In this document: piece by piece, positions 1 through 15,000 of the stretch
Position numbering within the stretch: position 1 is the first letter of the stretch
Layout: every line of letters starts with the position of its first letter
Assembly: GCA_009691445.1 (NCBI GenBank)
Contig: SICL01000007.1
Span: forward strand, 6,916 to 70,915
Source: Candidatus Taenariivivens baikalensis
GTDB taxonomy: Bacteria; Omnitrophota; Omnitrophia; Omnitrophales; Aquincolibacteriaceae
Direction: 5' to 3'
DNA length: 64,000 nucleotides
Made by a program: the position numbers and the translations under genes
The notes under the pieces: generated by a model
Seen by the model: only the letters and a program-made list of their open reading frames with translations
What the model was told of the DNA's origin: nothing
Database searches by the model: none

Positions 1-3000
1 CTGGGCCTGTGAACGAATCATGTCAGGAACTGTCCAGGAGTACGCTCCCGCATTATCCCACGCCGCGGTCAGTGTCTGAATGTCCCGGTGAAACTGATCG
101 CTGGAAAGATCGATTTTGACTTTAGGAATAGATCCCGAAGTCTTCCATTTAATTTCCTGTGTTTCTCCGACCTTCCAGATTTCTCCGCCCGCCGGACTCA
201 GAAGCTGCAGGGTTCCACCGATATGAAAAACCGGGGAAAGGGACAAGACACTTTGATCCTGTGCGTTCATGATGCGAAGCTGCATTTCATTTGTAGCAAG
301 ATCGGGGACGGTCCAATTATAGTTTCCGGAATTAGCCAGCCCGATAATCACCGGCGTCGCATGAGAGAAATTATCATCAGAATATTCCAGAGTTACATAG
401 GGAATCATACCGTGTGTCGACCAGCTGATGGCTTTTTCAGCCCCGGACACCCAGAAATCCTGAGCTACAGGACTGATGAAATTTAAAGCCCCCTGAATTT
501 TCACAGGAGATGCGCTCGTCGCATAAACATGATCATCCTGAGCATCCAGCACACGAACCTTTAGCTGATTGGAAACCACATCTGGAATCTTCCATTCATA
601 ACGGCCCACGTTCGGAGTGACAGCGCTCATCGGTGTGGAAGAAACAAAGTCATCCGTAGAATATTCCAAACGTACCCGTAAAATACCGCCATTGGTATCC
701 CACTCAAGGGTCTCGGTATTCCCAACCGTCCAGATCTGTCCGGCACTAGGGCGTTTAAGAAAAAAACTTCCTGCGATTGTCAGTGCCTGCTCACTGGTCA
801 TCTCCACCGAGAGATTCATAGAATCCGCAACCCGGACCCAGATACTCGAACTGATATCATCCGGAACTTTCCAGAGATAATGTCCGGTATTAGGAAGCAA
901 CTGGCTAATGGGTTGGCGATGACGAATAAACTGATCTTTAGAATATTCGAGGTTCACTTGAGCGATTGTCCCCAGAGTAGCCCAACTGATTTCCTGATGA
1001 CTCCCCGCTTCCCAGCGCTCTCCGCCCTGCGGAGTTTCAAGCCTGAGTCGCCCTACAACTGCAATGGGAAAGGGTGAAAGGGTTTGCACATCCGGATTCT
1101 GGGCATCGGAAATACGAACCGTCAGTTCTTGGGTCACGAGATCAGGAATTTCCCATAGGTACCGACCGGAATTAGCATCGGGAGAATTAATGACGTGGCT
1201 ATCGTGACGAAAAGAATCCGTAGAGTATTCGATTTTAACCTGATGAATCGACCCGCGGGATTCCCAAACAATCTCTTTCTTGCTCCCCACCTGCCATTTT
1301 TCCTTCTTGTCAGGAAAAATCATACGGAGAGTTCCTTCAATTTTAACAGGAGAAGCGCTCTCCGAGAAAACCACGGAATTAGAAACATCCACAACCCTGA
1401 CTCGAATAGACGACGGGAGATTGTCCGGAAGACGCCAAAGATAAATGCCGTGGTTCGGCAAATGGTCCTGGATCACAAGCCACTCGGATCGGCGTTTTTC
1501 ATTGCGAGCCAAAAGCGAAGCAATCTCAGGATAGATTGCTCCGATCGCTTCACTCCCTCGTCCGCCAGAGGACGGATCCGTCCAGCGTTGTGTGGTGGGC
1601 AATGACGAGTCCATATTGGAATATTCCAGCCGAACTTCGGCAATGCTTCCCACGCTTTTCCATTGAAGGGACTGTTCGCTTCCCACTTTCCAGATTTCTT
1701 CTCCAGCCGGCTTCAACAATGCGAGCTTTCCTTGAATCTTGACCGGAGCTTCATGACCCGCAACGACAGAGGCATCTGCCGCATTCACCACACGTACCCA
1801 GATTTGGTCGCTCATCGCATCCGGAACCAGCCACTCATAAAGCCCTTCATTTTTTAAATCACGGATAATAGTCTGGCGATCCTGGCGGAAGCCGTCGCGA
1901 GAAAACTCGAGATGGACACTCGGAATAGTTCCGATAGTTTTCCAATTTAAAGTTGCGTGCCCTTCGACAAAGAAAATCTCTCCGCCTTTGGGATTAAGCA
2001 GTTCAAAATGCCCGCTAATCTTGAAAGGTTTTATAGTCATAGACTGAACGGCCGAATCTTTGGCATCCGAAACCCTCATCCAGAGATGATCTGAAATTGC
2101 ATCGGGGATGATCCAGTCATAATGTCCGCTTTGGCTGGAAATTGTCCCGATTTTTCGGCGATCTGAAACGAACTGATCCGTGGAAAATTCAAGATCCACG
2201 GCAGGAATAGAGCCGACGGTCTTCCACTCCACAGTCTGTTTCTCACCCACCTGGAAGGTCTGGTTTCCCGCAGGTTGAAGTACGCGGAGGCCCCCTCGAA
2301 TCTCAAACGGATCACTGACCGCAAAGACGGACGGATCCTCTGAATTAATGATTTTCACCACCACCTGTTTGGCAATTAAATCCGGAACCTTCCAGGCATA
2401 GGCATTATCATTCGGCCCCGCTTTTTCGATGGCGATTGATTTTTCCTGAAAATTATCCGCGGAAACCTCCAGATCGATCCGTGAAATCGTGCCGAGAGTA
2501 TCCCATTGTAATTTCCTCGTTTCACCGACAAGCCAGTTCTCAGCGCTCTCAGGCATATGAAATTTAAAGCTTCCAATAATCTTGATTTGCTTTTGGGAAA
2601 GAGTCGCCACTGTAGCATCACGGGCATCCGAAACGCGGATCAGAATCTTGCTGTTTGTTTTATCAGGAATCGTCCACAAGAAACTTCCTTGATTCGGGAT
2701 ACCCGTTTGAATCGTATGAAATTCCTGGCTCGTCATGGCTTCTTTCGTTGAAACCATGTATTCCAGTTTGACCTGAGGAACCGTGCCGATTGTTTGCCAT
2801 TCGATCTTTTGTTCACTGCCCACATTCCAAATAGGATTTCCTTCCGGTTCCAAGAAAACAAAATCTCCCATAATGGAAATGGGGTCTTTATGGATTGAGG
2901 CAACCCGCGGATCCGTTGCAGAGGAAACGCGGATTTTCACCTTGTCAGAAATATCGTCGGGCACAGTCCACATTAAATGCCCCGTATTAGCCACTTGATC

Positions 3001-6000
3001 CTGAATCAGGTGAATGTCTTTTTGAAATTGATCCCGAGAATACTCAATCTTTACCTGCGGCAGTGTTCCCACTGAATTCCAAACAATCTCATGTTTGGTA
3101 TCCACAATCCATCGCTCGCGTCCGTGCGGCTCAAAAAGTTGAATGCCGCCCTGAATGGCAAAGGGGGTACCGGAGATGCTGTTGACGAGCGGATCACGCG
3201 CATCGGAAACTCGGATGCGGACGGTATTCGAAATGTCATTAGGAACCATCCACTGAAAAATACCCTGATTATCCACGGAACCCGTCACGAGGTTCCAAAG
3301 GGTGTTCCCTTCCTTATCCTGGGCGGGATCCGAAACGGAATATTCCAAGCGAATTTGCGGGATCGTTCCCACCGTACTCCAGCGCACGGCTTGCCGGGCG
3401 GCCACTTGCGCGGCCACTCCCGCTTTGGGTTCCAAGAGGCTGAGTGCTCCAACAATAGGGATAGGCGTTTGCGATACTCCAAAAATAGTTTCCGTACGAA
3501 TGTCACTGACTCGTAAACGAATGCGGTCGGAAATATCGTCCGGAACATTCCAGAAAAAATTACCTTTATTTTTCAGCGCATCCGCAATGAGAACCGGATG
3601 AGCCACACCGTCTTCTTTGAAATATTCCAAACGCACGACCGGGATAGTTCCCGTAGTATTCCACATCACATTCCTCTTCGATCCAACCACAAAGCGCGGC
3701 TGATCGACCTCTTCCATCAAGGTCAAGGCACCCTGGATATCGAGAGACTGCGGCGTCGCATCCGCGACACTAAAATTAAATTCGTCCATCACGCGCACCT
3801 TCACTCCGGCACCGATATCATCCGGGATCTGCCAGTCCCAAAGTCCGGTATTGAGTACATTAGAAGCAATGATGTGGATATCACTGTGAAAATTGTCGCG
3901 AGAATACTCGATACGGACTTTCGGAACCGTTCCCATGGTTTCCCATTTCAGCTCACGATGGCCCAGCACCGTTAAGATTTCATGCGACTGCAGGGTGGTG
4001 AGCTGAATGCGCCCTTGAATCTTCACAGGATTTGACATCGCCGCAACTTGGGCATCTTTGGCATTTAGGATGCGGAATTTGAGGCTGGTCGAGATCACAT
4101 CGGGCACTTTCCATTCATAGCGATTTTTGTTCGCCAGCCTATTTTCAATCACTTGAATATCTTTTTGAAAATCATCCCGCGAAAACTCGATACGCACTTG
4201 GGGAATCGTTCCGGTGGTTGTCCAAGTGAGCTCTCTGGGTTCTCCCACGGTCCAGGTTTCATTTTGAGTTGGAAGTGTCACGGCCAAAGCACCCGTAATT
4301 TTGAAAGATTTGAGAGAGGTCGTCACCGCCCGGGGATCTTCGGCATCAGAGATTCGAATCGTCACGTGATCAGCAATAACATCGGGAATTTTCCACATCA
4401 ACATGCCGGCATTGGGAGTTTGAGTCACGATGACATTGATATCACGATAAAAATCATCGCGGGAATATTCCACATGGACTTTGGGAATATCTCCCCGTGA
4501 GATCCAGGCAATCGGTTGCGTGGATCCCACGCCCCACACTTCATCGCCTTTGGGGCTGATAAGGCCAAAAGTCCCTATAATGGAAAATGGCTGTTTGGAC
4601 TCAGAAAAAACTTGTGGATCCCGCGCGTCCGAGATACGCACCTTAATGTCATCCGCAATCTGATTCGGCACAAACCATTCAAAACGATTTTGATTCGCCG
4701 CGTCTTCTTTAATCAAAAAGCTTTGCCGTTCAACCCTATTGGGAACTGGTCTTACTTGCTGACCTGTCCCTAATAGGGTTGACGATAAAAATTCAAGCTT
4801 GATTTGGGGAATGGTTCCCGTGGTTTTCCACTCAATGACTTGAGATTGTCCCACACCCCAGACCTCTGCACCGCTGGGCGTTACAAGATCGAGCCGGCCG
4901 CGAATCTGAAAATTGGGTGACACCGCAAACGCCGCGTTATTATCTCCATCACGGATGCGCAGCCGCGCTGTGGATGAAATGCTATCTGGAACCGTCCATT
5001 TGAAGCCCCCTAAATCTTGTACGGGACCTGCAATCGCCGCCCAGTTCTCCCCGCCCACGGAATATTCCAGCCACGTCCGTTGAATTTTCCCAAGGGTATT
5101 CCAGGCAATTTCTTTGATCGATCCAACTTCCGAAATCTCTCCGGCTTTGGGTTCCTTGAATTCAAAACGGGCAGCAATTGTAATCTTTTCTTTTAGCTCG
5201 CTAAGCACTTCAGAATTATTGGAATCTGAAATCCGGATTTTTATCTCTTTGGCCACATCATCGGGAATCTGCCATCCATAACTTCCAGTATTGGGGATGC
5301 CCCGAGCGATTGGCTTCCATCCCTTTTGCTCTGGAAGCCGGTAGCTCAAACTCACTTGCGCAATACTTCCCACGGATTTCCAGAAGATGGTTTGTGAAGT
5401 CCCCACAGGCCAATTGATTTGGCCTTCAGAAATTCTTCCATTCAAACGGCCGCGAATGTGGAACGGCTCGGAAATGAAAACACTGTCCGGTTCCTGCGCA
5501 TCTGAAATCTTGAAACGTATTGTTTCACTAATCTTGTCCGGCACGGTCCAAAAATAATTATCATGATTCGCCCAGTAGCTTTCAATCAATTCATACTTAC
5601 CCAACTCAGGGCCGGTTTGATCCGTTGAAGAAAATTCGAGTTTCACGCTCGGAACATGCCCCAGAGTTTGCCACTTCATCTCGAATTTGTCCGAAACAAA
5701 AAGATTTTGACCCGGCTTCGGAGACGCCAATGAAAATTGCGCCAGAATTTTGAAGGGTTTCTCGCTTTCCCCATAGACTTGGGCATTCTCCAAGTCCGTC
5801 GCACGCACCTTAACTCCGGCTCCGACATCATCCGGAATCTGCCAATCCCACAGCCCTGAATTGGGCGCCTTGGGAGCGATCATTTGGACATCACTGCGAA
5901 AATTGTCGCGGGAATATTCAAGGCGAACTTTCGGAATGGTCCCTGTGGTTTCCCACCGAATCGGACAATGTCCTCTCACCGTCAAAGCCTCCCCCAGCTG

Positions 6001-9000
6001 AGGTGAGCTGAGATGAATGCGGCCTTGAATTTTCAAGGGATTCGTCAGCGCATAAATCTTAGCATCGTTAGCATTGGCAACACGAAATCGAGCACTGCTT
6101 GAGATGACGTCCGGGACTTTCCACTCGTAACGGTTTTTATTGACCCACACATTTTCAATCACCTGAACATCTTTTTGAAAATTATCCCTTGAAAATTCAA
6201 TCCGTATTTGAGGAATGGTTCCCGTCGTCGTCCAGATTAACTCTTTCAGTTCGCCCACCGTCCAAGTCTCATTCGATCCCGGAAGTTTCATGGCGAGCGC
6301 CCCTGCAATCTTGAAAGGCTTGGTTAGCGTCATCTGGGCCCGGGAATCTTCCGCATTCAAAATACGCAGTGTCACTTGATCAGAAATCATATTGGGAATT
6401 TTCCATGTCAGCATGCCCGTGTTCGCGGCTTCTGTCACAATCGCATTAATATCCCGATAAAAATCATCACGGGAATATTCCAAACGAATTTTGGGAACGC
6501 TTCCCTGTGTCATCCAGTTTATCGATTGAGAGGAACCCACAATCCACACTTCGCTGCCTTGAGGACTGATCAGGCGAAACGTCCCAATCACGGAAAAGGG
6601 CTTTTTGGATTCAGAATAAACTTGAGGATCACGAACATCCGTAACACGCACTGAGACATCATTCGCAATCCGGTTTGGAATCACACACTCAAAGCGATTT
6701 TGATTCACCACGCCGTCTTTGATCAAAAAGATTTGACGTTCAACCCTATTGGGGACAGTTCTTACCTGCTGACCTGTCCCCAATAGGGTTGAAGATAAGA
6801 ATTCGAGTTTGATCTTAGGAATAGTTCCTGTGGTCTTCCATTCAATGACCTGGGAATTCCCCACGCCCCAGACCTCACCCCCATTGGGGCTTGTAAGACT
6901 AAGACCTCCGCGGATCTGAAAATTGGACGAAATCGCAAACGCAGCATCATTGTCCCCGTCACGAATCCGCAGCCGAGCCGTGGATGAAATGGCATCCGGG
7001 ACCGTCCATTCAAAACTTCCCGAGTCTGGCACGGGGCCTGCCACCGGGATCCATCCGCCTCCATTCGCCGAGTATTCCAGCCACGCACGCTGAATTTTCC
7101 CGAAAGTATTCCAGGAGATTTCTTGGGTCGCTCCCACTTCCAAAATCTCTCCAGCCTTAGGCTCCTTAAATTCTAAGCGGGCAGCAATCGTAATTTTGTC
7201 TTTGAGTTCATCAAAAACTTCAGAATTATTCGAATCCGCGACACGAAGTTTCACCTTTTGGGCGACATCATCAGGAATTTTCCAGCCGTAGCTTCCTGTA
7301 TTAGGAATACCGCGAATGATAACCTTCCAGTCATTTTGTTCTGGAAGCTGGTAGCTTAAATCAACCTGTTCGATACTTCCCACCGATTTCCAGAAAATCG
7401 TTTGCGCGGTACCCACGGGCCAATTGATTTGACCTTCTGAAATTTTTCCCGTTAATCGGCCGCGAATTCGGAAGGGTTCGGAGAGAGTAAAGCTGTCTGG
7501 CTCCCGAGCATCGGAGATTTTAAGTCGAATGGCTTCATTGATCGTGTCCGGAACCGTCCAGAAATAATTACCCCGGTTTGCCCAATCACTTTCGATCAAT
7601 TCGAATTGATTCGTCTCACGGCTATTTTCGTCCGCTGCAGAAAATTCAAGTTTGACGCTCGGAACATTCCCCAAGGTCTTCCACTTGAGTTCGAATTTAT
7701 CGGCCACAAAGAGATTCTGGCTGGGTTTAGGCGATAGGGTGGGAAATTGCGCTAAGATTTTGAACGGCTTTTCGCTGATCTGGACAGCCTGCGAATCCTG
7801 GGTATCGAGGACACGCATTTTCACCTGGGAGGAAACATCCGCGGGAATTTCCCAAGAAAACTCACCCTTGTTTTGAATCGGGCGAGTGACATCCTTCCAT
7901 TCAACCGGCCCTTTATCCGTAAAAATTCCATACTGCAGAATGACGCGAGGACTTGTTCCGAAAGTTTTCCATTGAATCGTTTCACGCTGCCCTACTTTCC
8001 AAGGCTCCCCGCCATTCGGATGAATGATGCCGTAACCCGGAACAACTTTTAAAAAACTTGGGGAAATGCCCAGAGACGCGGAATGGGCGGCGTCCATGAC
8101 ACGTATCCTGATTTTTTCGTTGACTTGATCCGGGATGGTCCACGACACCTTTCCCGTATTCGGAAGATCACGCGCAATCACGGACGTGGTCATAAAATCG
8201 TTGGTGGAATATTCGACATTCACCTTATCCAACGTTCCCCGCCAATCCCACTCTACGGCATGCTCACTCCCCACTTTCCACATATCCCCGGCCTTGGGTT
8301 TAAGCACCTGAATCTTTGGAAGAATGCTGAAGGCATGATCGGACCCATCTCGGACTTTATCATTTTTCTGACTGATGACCCGGATCACCGCAGACTGCGT
8401 AATATCATCCCCCGGAGTCCAGACAAAGGGAGATTTATCCGAAACGTCCTGGGCAATCGGGTGAACATCTTTAACAAAGCCATCTTTGGAGTACTCCATT
8501 TTAAGGGCCCCCACAGATCCAATACTGACCCATCGAATTTCCGCAGGCTGACCGACAAAGAAATTCTCTTCTCCGTTCGGAGACGTCACAATAATGTCCG
8601 GGCGGATTTCAAACGGTGCGTTTGAAGCATCCCAAGCGTCTAAATCACTATCATTGATCACCCGAACCTTGGCGGCTTTGCTAACATCATTCGGGACCAT
8701 CCATTCAAAGGAACCGCCGTTGGCAATGCGGTCCACAATATTTTTCCATTCCAGACCCGTCGCGTACTGGAGCCGGATCTTCTCGGTCCCGCCGATCGTC
8801 TTCCAGGAAATTTTCTGTTTGCTTCCCACTTTCCAGACTTCGTTACCGTCCGGAGAGATCATCACAAATCCGGGCATGATCTTGAAAGGTTTATCCGAGA
8901 GATCAAAGGCTTTGGGATTTGATGCGTCAGAAATACGAACCGTAACCGCTTTCCCAAGAGCGGGAGGGAGCGTCCAAGGATAATTTCCTGTATTGGTGTA

Positions 9001-12000
9001 GGAACTTTCAATCACATTCACATCATGATCGAAATTATCCGTAGAAAATTCGAGCCGCGCATTCGGAACCGAGCCCAGGGTATCCCAGACGATTTTTTGC
9101 GTGGCCCCAGCAGCCCATTTTTCACCTCCATTGGGAATGAGGAGAGTGAATGTTCCCGCAAACATCACGGGATGAGAAGTCGCAGAATAAAGTTCCTCAT
9201 CATCCCAATCCGCGAGTTTAAAAATGACGTTCTTGGAGATATCATCCGGAATCTTAAAAAGAAAATATTCCTGATTGTCCAATCCCTCGGCCAGAGTTTT
9301 CCAGGTGATCTTTTTTCCGTTCGTTATCGAATCAACGGATGCCGGTGTCGCATACTGAATCAGCACCCGCGCAACATTCCCGTAGGTATGCCAACGAATT
9401 TCCTGATCACTTCCCACAGGCCAAATCTCTGCTCCACGAGGATAAACGATTTCAAAGGGCGAGTTGAGTGCAAAGGGGTGATCCGATTCATCGCATATTT
9501 CAGGGTTTTGGGAATCACAGACTTTGACTTTAAATTTTTCACCGACCAAACGAGGAATATCCCACACATAGCGTCCGGAATTAACCACGCCCTTGTCGAT
9601 CACAAACCTATTGTCATCGTGATTATTAGAGCACTCCTCTTTGGCATCATTTTGAACCGCGCAGAAACTCAAATCGACTTCCGGCATCGTTCCTACACTC
9701 ACCCAGCTGATTTCCCTTTTCTCCAGCGCATGCCAAATCTCCTGTCCATTGGGTCCCATCATTTGAAAGGACCCAGCAATCTGGAAGGGGGTTTTGCTCA
9801 TAACCTGCGTTTGGGAGTCCGTTAAATCCATCACGCGAATTTTGGTATGTCTGGAAATTTCATCCGGGACCGTCCAATTGTAGATCCCCTGATTGGGTGT
9901 CGATGGGATGATTGTTTTAGCTTCCGAAATAAATCCGTCACGGGAATATTCAATTTTGACACCCTTCACTTCTCCACTCGATTTCCAGAGAATCGGATAG
10001 GTCTGCCCCACATGCCAGACTTCCCCGCCCCGGGGAGTTGTCAGACTCAAAATGGCTTGGGTCTTCATTGTCGAAGTGGAAACCACTCGTGCCCCCGGAT
10101 CACTGACATCTGAAATGCGGAATTTAATACTCTGCGCGACATAATTAGGAACAGTCCATTCATAAACGCCGGTATTGGGGACCGCTTCTGCAATCGTGGA
10201 AGAAGACTTGAAATCATCCGTAGAATATTCAATTTTCACTTTGGAAATCATGCCGCTTGTCTTCCATTGAATGGCGTGCTTCTCGCCCACGGCCCAGCCT
10301 TCTCCGCCCTTAGGACTCATGAGCGTAACGCGGGACCGAATGCGGAAATCAGAATTGGAAATATCAAATGAGTAAGAATCCCTGGGATCAGAAATCCGAA
10401 GTTTATAAAGGCCCGCGGGCATATCCGGAATTTTCCACAGATATTTTTCAAGATTTTCAACCGTATCTGAAATTTCCCAAATGCGCTTCGTGAAATTATC
10501 GTCCGAAAAATCGAGCTTCACACGATCGACATTGCCAGAGGTTTTCCAGGAAACATCAAAAGGCTCTCCCACATACAGCGATTCCCCGCCATTGGGGGAA
10601 TCCAGCATAAACCCTCCGATAATTCTCGAAGAATGAGCCATCACATACATCGATTCCGGATGGGAGGGATCCCAGATACGAAGCTTAAAGCCCTGGCCAA
10701 TCTTGTTGGGAATTTCCCATTTAAAAATTCCGTTATTCGCCGTGGCTTCGGCGAGCGTGACAAAACTCTTTGTGAAATCATCTTCTGAATAATCAATGCG
10801 AATAAAAGCCACGGAGCCCGCGCCTTTCCAGGTAATATTCTGAACGGTTCCCACCACGAGATTTTCTCCTCCCACGGGGGTGAGCAAATAAAATTTCCCG
10901 ACCACGGAAAAAACTCCGTCGGAGATAACGGCTGCCTGGGGATCTCGGGGATCTGAAATTCGAAAATAATATCCTGAGCCAATATCATCCGGAACGGTCC
11001 AGGTGTATTGGCCATGATTCAGAATGGAGGGCGCAATAACCCTCGCATCCTTATTGAAATTGTCATGTGAATATTCCAGTTTGACCTGAGGAATATTCCC
11101 CTTCGTTTCCCACTGAATACTCGCAAGAGTTCCCACTTCATATTTTTCACCACCTAAGGGACTGCTGAACTCAAACGTTCCATAGAGCCGAAAAGGGACA
11201 TCGGAGATGTCGCTAGCCTGAGGCGTATCAGGATCGGAAACCCGGACCCACACTTTCGGACTCGCATCATCCGGAAGTTTCCAGGAAAAACGCCCAATGT
11301 TGGAGGCTCGATCAATGAGGGTATGCGCATCTTTGACGAATGCATCCTTGGAATATTCCAGCCTCACCTCTTGCATTGATCCCTTGGTTTCCCATTCGAT
11401 GTCATGCTCACTCGCAATGGCCCAAGCTTCACTGCCATTCGGCGTTTGAAGAACAAATCCAGGAATAATGCGAAATGGATTTCGGCAAAGAGCTCCAGCC
11501 TGAGGATCCCCTGCATCCGTCACCCGGATCACTGCATTTTCTGTCAAGGAATCCGGAACAACCCACGCATAGCTTCCAATGTTAGTCAAACCTTTCTCGA
11601 TTAGGTTCCATTTGAATGCCTTGTCATCTAAAGCGAGCTTGCCGTCCTGAAGATCTTTTTGGAATGCCCGATCGATCGATGTATATTCGAGATTCACCGA
11701 AGAAACGGTTCCTGTCGTTTTCCAGGCAATCTTGCGGCGACTTCCTACCGTCCAGTATTCTCCGCCTTTGGGATTCAAAATCTCCATCGCGGCCATAATG
11801 ATAAACTTGGAACTATCGGAAAAAACCTTATCATCGTTTGGATCCGACACACGGATCGTTACCGCCTGATCAATCTGATCCGGAACTGGCCAAACATAAT
11901 CTCCGTGATTCGGGTAAACATTTTCAATCTTTTTCCATTCCTGTTCTCCCTCTTCATTTTTTACCGCATATTGAAGCTTGATGGCTGGAATGCTTCCAAG

Positions 12001-15000
12001 TGTCTTCCAACGAATGCCCTGATTGCTGCCCACTTGAAAACGAGCATGGGCTTCGGGATAAACCACTTGAAGCCGCCCATGGATCGTGAATGCATCGTTA
12101 GAAATATCCATCGTTTTGAAATCACGAACATCGGAGATACGGACCTTCGCAGTTTTTGAGATATGATCCGGAATCGTCCAGTGGTAAGTTCCTTCATTCT
12201 TCATTGAATCCACAATCGGATAAATCTGATTTTTGAACTCGTCCGTAGAGTAATCCAGTTTGACTTCGAACATACTTCCCAAAGCCTTCCAGATAATGTC
12301 CTGTTTCGAACCCACCTCCCAGCGTTCCCTGTAATTGGGAGTCGAAACCTCAAACGCGCCCATAATCCGAAAAGTAATATCCGAGGTATCATAAATGCGC
12401 GGATCCAGAGCATCCATCACCCGGATTTTAATCATCGGATCAATCGTATCCGGCACCGTCCACTTATAGGAACCCGCATTTTTAAAATCTTTAACGATGG
12501 AATGAAAATCTTTTTTGAAATCATCCCGGGAATACTCGAGATTAACTGCGGCAACTTCTCCGGCAGAATTCCATTGAAGTGTTTGCGGACTTCCGACCAG
12601 CCATCCTTCACCACCGTTTGGACTCGTGACCGTAAGTTTATTGGGAAGATATTCAAGCTCCAGCGATTCCAGTTCGACCGGCTCAACTCCTGAAGGGGAA
12701 TGGAGAAAGGCTTTGAAATAAAAACTCCCGATGCCGACTTCTGAGGGAAACAGATAAATGCGCTGGGCCACTTGCGCGGCCGTATTGGATTCCGCAATGG
12801 AAGCGGCCACAACCCAGTGACGTCCATTGTGATAATACCAATTGGAACCGTCCCGAGAGATCTGATACGTGATCATCCCTTTATGGTGGGTTCCAAGCCG
12901 CTCGCGAAAGTCAGAAATCGCCGCAAACGAAACGCTCTTATTGTTAATGATTGCCGGCTTGTCGACGGAATAGTCATTGCCTTGCACGGAAACGGACTTG
13001 ATGGTAGGACCGACGGCAGCATCCTCTGTTTTTAGAAGAGCGAGATACTGAAAATAACGGCCCGGAGCAACTTCCAACTTTTGCGGAGAAATTCCGCGGT
13101 ACGCATTTTCCGGATTAGTTTTAAAAAACAGGTTCGCGACTTCATGGTCCGAAAGCGCTTCGGCGGCAATCAGCGCTTCATCGATTCCCCCGTGAAAAAA
13201 ACCTGCGGCTCCACTGCCGTAACGTCCCAGGTAAAGCGCTCCCTTATCATAAAAAATCGGCGAGTGGAAGGAAGCTTTCTTCACAAGGCTTCCATTAATA
13301 TAGAGTCGAATTTCCTTTCCATTCCAGGTTGCCGCCACATAATTCCATCGCCCCACCCCTATTTGGCCATCCTGGTCACTGCTCTCCAAATGATACCCGC
13401 CTTCGTGCCCAAGACGCACTCCAAGACGGTTGCCGGAAAGCAGTTCCAGAGAAAAGGATGAAAAAATCGGAGCGCCTCCTGCGTAATGTTTATCAATAAT
13501 TCGGGAGCTTTCTTTTTCCACTTCCTCGGGACGAATCCAGGCGGAAAGGGTGAAGGCATCGTGAAGATGAAGGCTCTCGGAATCCGCGACTTCGATAAAA
13601 TCACTGGCACCATTCAAATATATCCCGCGGGAAATAACGCCTTCCGAAGATGCGATTCCATGACCGTAGGCAACGCCGTGGTTGGCATACCGCGAATCAT
13701 CGGCCACTTCATTCGAACTTCCCTGCAGATTTTTTTCGTTAAAATGCCACAAGGCTACCGTACTTTCAGAGGGTCTGATTTCTGAAGCTGCGGGTCCTTG
13801 AGGACCGCGCCATTCACTGTTTGTAAAGCTCTCGGATTCTGAGGTGCGAACCAAGAATTTCGTATCCAGTTTCGCGCTGAGGTACTCATCCGTAATCGTC
13901 TTCTTATCTAAGCCGTAATTAAAAAATGCAAATTCATCCACGGCACCTTCAAAAGTATCGGAAGATTTTAAATTGCCGATGATAAGCGGTTCCGCGGCCG
14001 TGGCGCGGACAAACGGCGAAGATCCGGACAGGTCTCCGTCCAGATAAAGAAAAAGACTATGTCCATCGGAAGTCAAAGCCGCATGATGCCACCGACTGTC
14101 AAGAATCGCGACGTCGCTGACAATCTTCCGGGCTCCAGTGCTGACGACGTGAAGCCGTCCGTCCGGCGCGGAGCGGTAAAGAGAAGGGTTCTCATCTCCC
14201 ACACTGAAGATGCGGTCCACCCCTTGAGGTTCTGAACTTTTGAACTGAAACCAGAGGGAAATCGTAAAGGTTGAAAGGGACGGAAAGGTTTTCTGGGAAA
14301 TGATCTTGTCATACCCCTTTTTTGAAAACCAGCGTGCCTGTGAGAAAACGCCAGGCACCGCGTAAGTTCCCATTGCATTCGCAGGAGTTTCATTCATTTC
14401 ATCCTGAAAAAGAGAGCCGCTGGGTTCATCTAAATGATAAAGATGAAGCATTCCCTTCTCTTCTTTCTGGATTTGTTTTCCATATGACTGCAGGGGCTGC
14501 CAGGAAAGCGTCTGCCACGGAGACTGGCTACCGGCATCTTTGACTTTAGAAACATAAATCCCGCTCGGCGGAAAGAGATTCGCATCCGCCGCAATTTCAT
14601 ATTTATTTTTTACGCGTCGGTAAATGGCGACATCATCCAGCACGCCTTGAAACCAGGAACTTCTCGCGCTGTCGGTGCCAATCACCAGATCGGATTTTTC
14701 GCTTATCCGTAATTCACCGCTGTAAGACGCCGAAGAATCCAGAACACCATCGACATAAATAGAAAGCCTTCCCTGACCCCACGTCACCGCAACATGATGC
14801 CATTCATTGGGCATCAGGGCATGCTGTCCCGTAAAATCAGGCGGAGAAAGCAAGGAGCTGGCTGCGTGCATTTTCCCAAGGGGGCCCACCAGAGAAACCG
14901 AGTAATCCGCCTGACCGCCAAAATTGGATACGAGAGGCATCACTTCCCCCTTACCTGGAAGTTTTTCCGGTTTGACCCACATCTCCAGAGTCAGCTGTCC

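Larger units (their letters stand above)
3740..7770 (-). repeat. Tandem duplication of a ~2.0-kb (7 Ig-repeat, ~670 aa) block inside the giant gene (copy 1 ~5754-7764, copy 2 ~3740-5753), roughly 85-90% nt identity by eye
   Basis: Landmarks recur at a 2,011-bp offset: aaattgcgccagaattttgaa at 5733 vs aaattgcgctaagattttgaa at 7744; ttcaaccctattggg...ctgtcccYaatagggttga at 4730 vs 6740; cggccgcgaat(g/t)(t/c)ggaa at 5450 vs 7450. The translations FKILAQFPTLSPKPSQ...VKVRATD and FKILAQFSLASPKPGQ...VKVRVMD align along their whole length. Confidence 0.8.
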
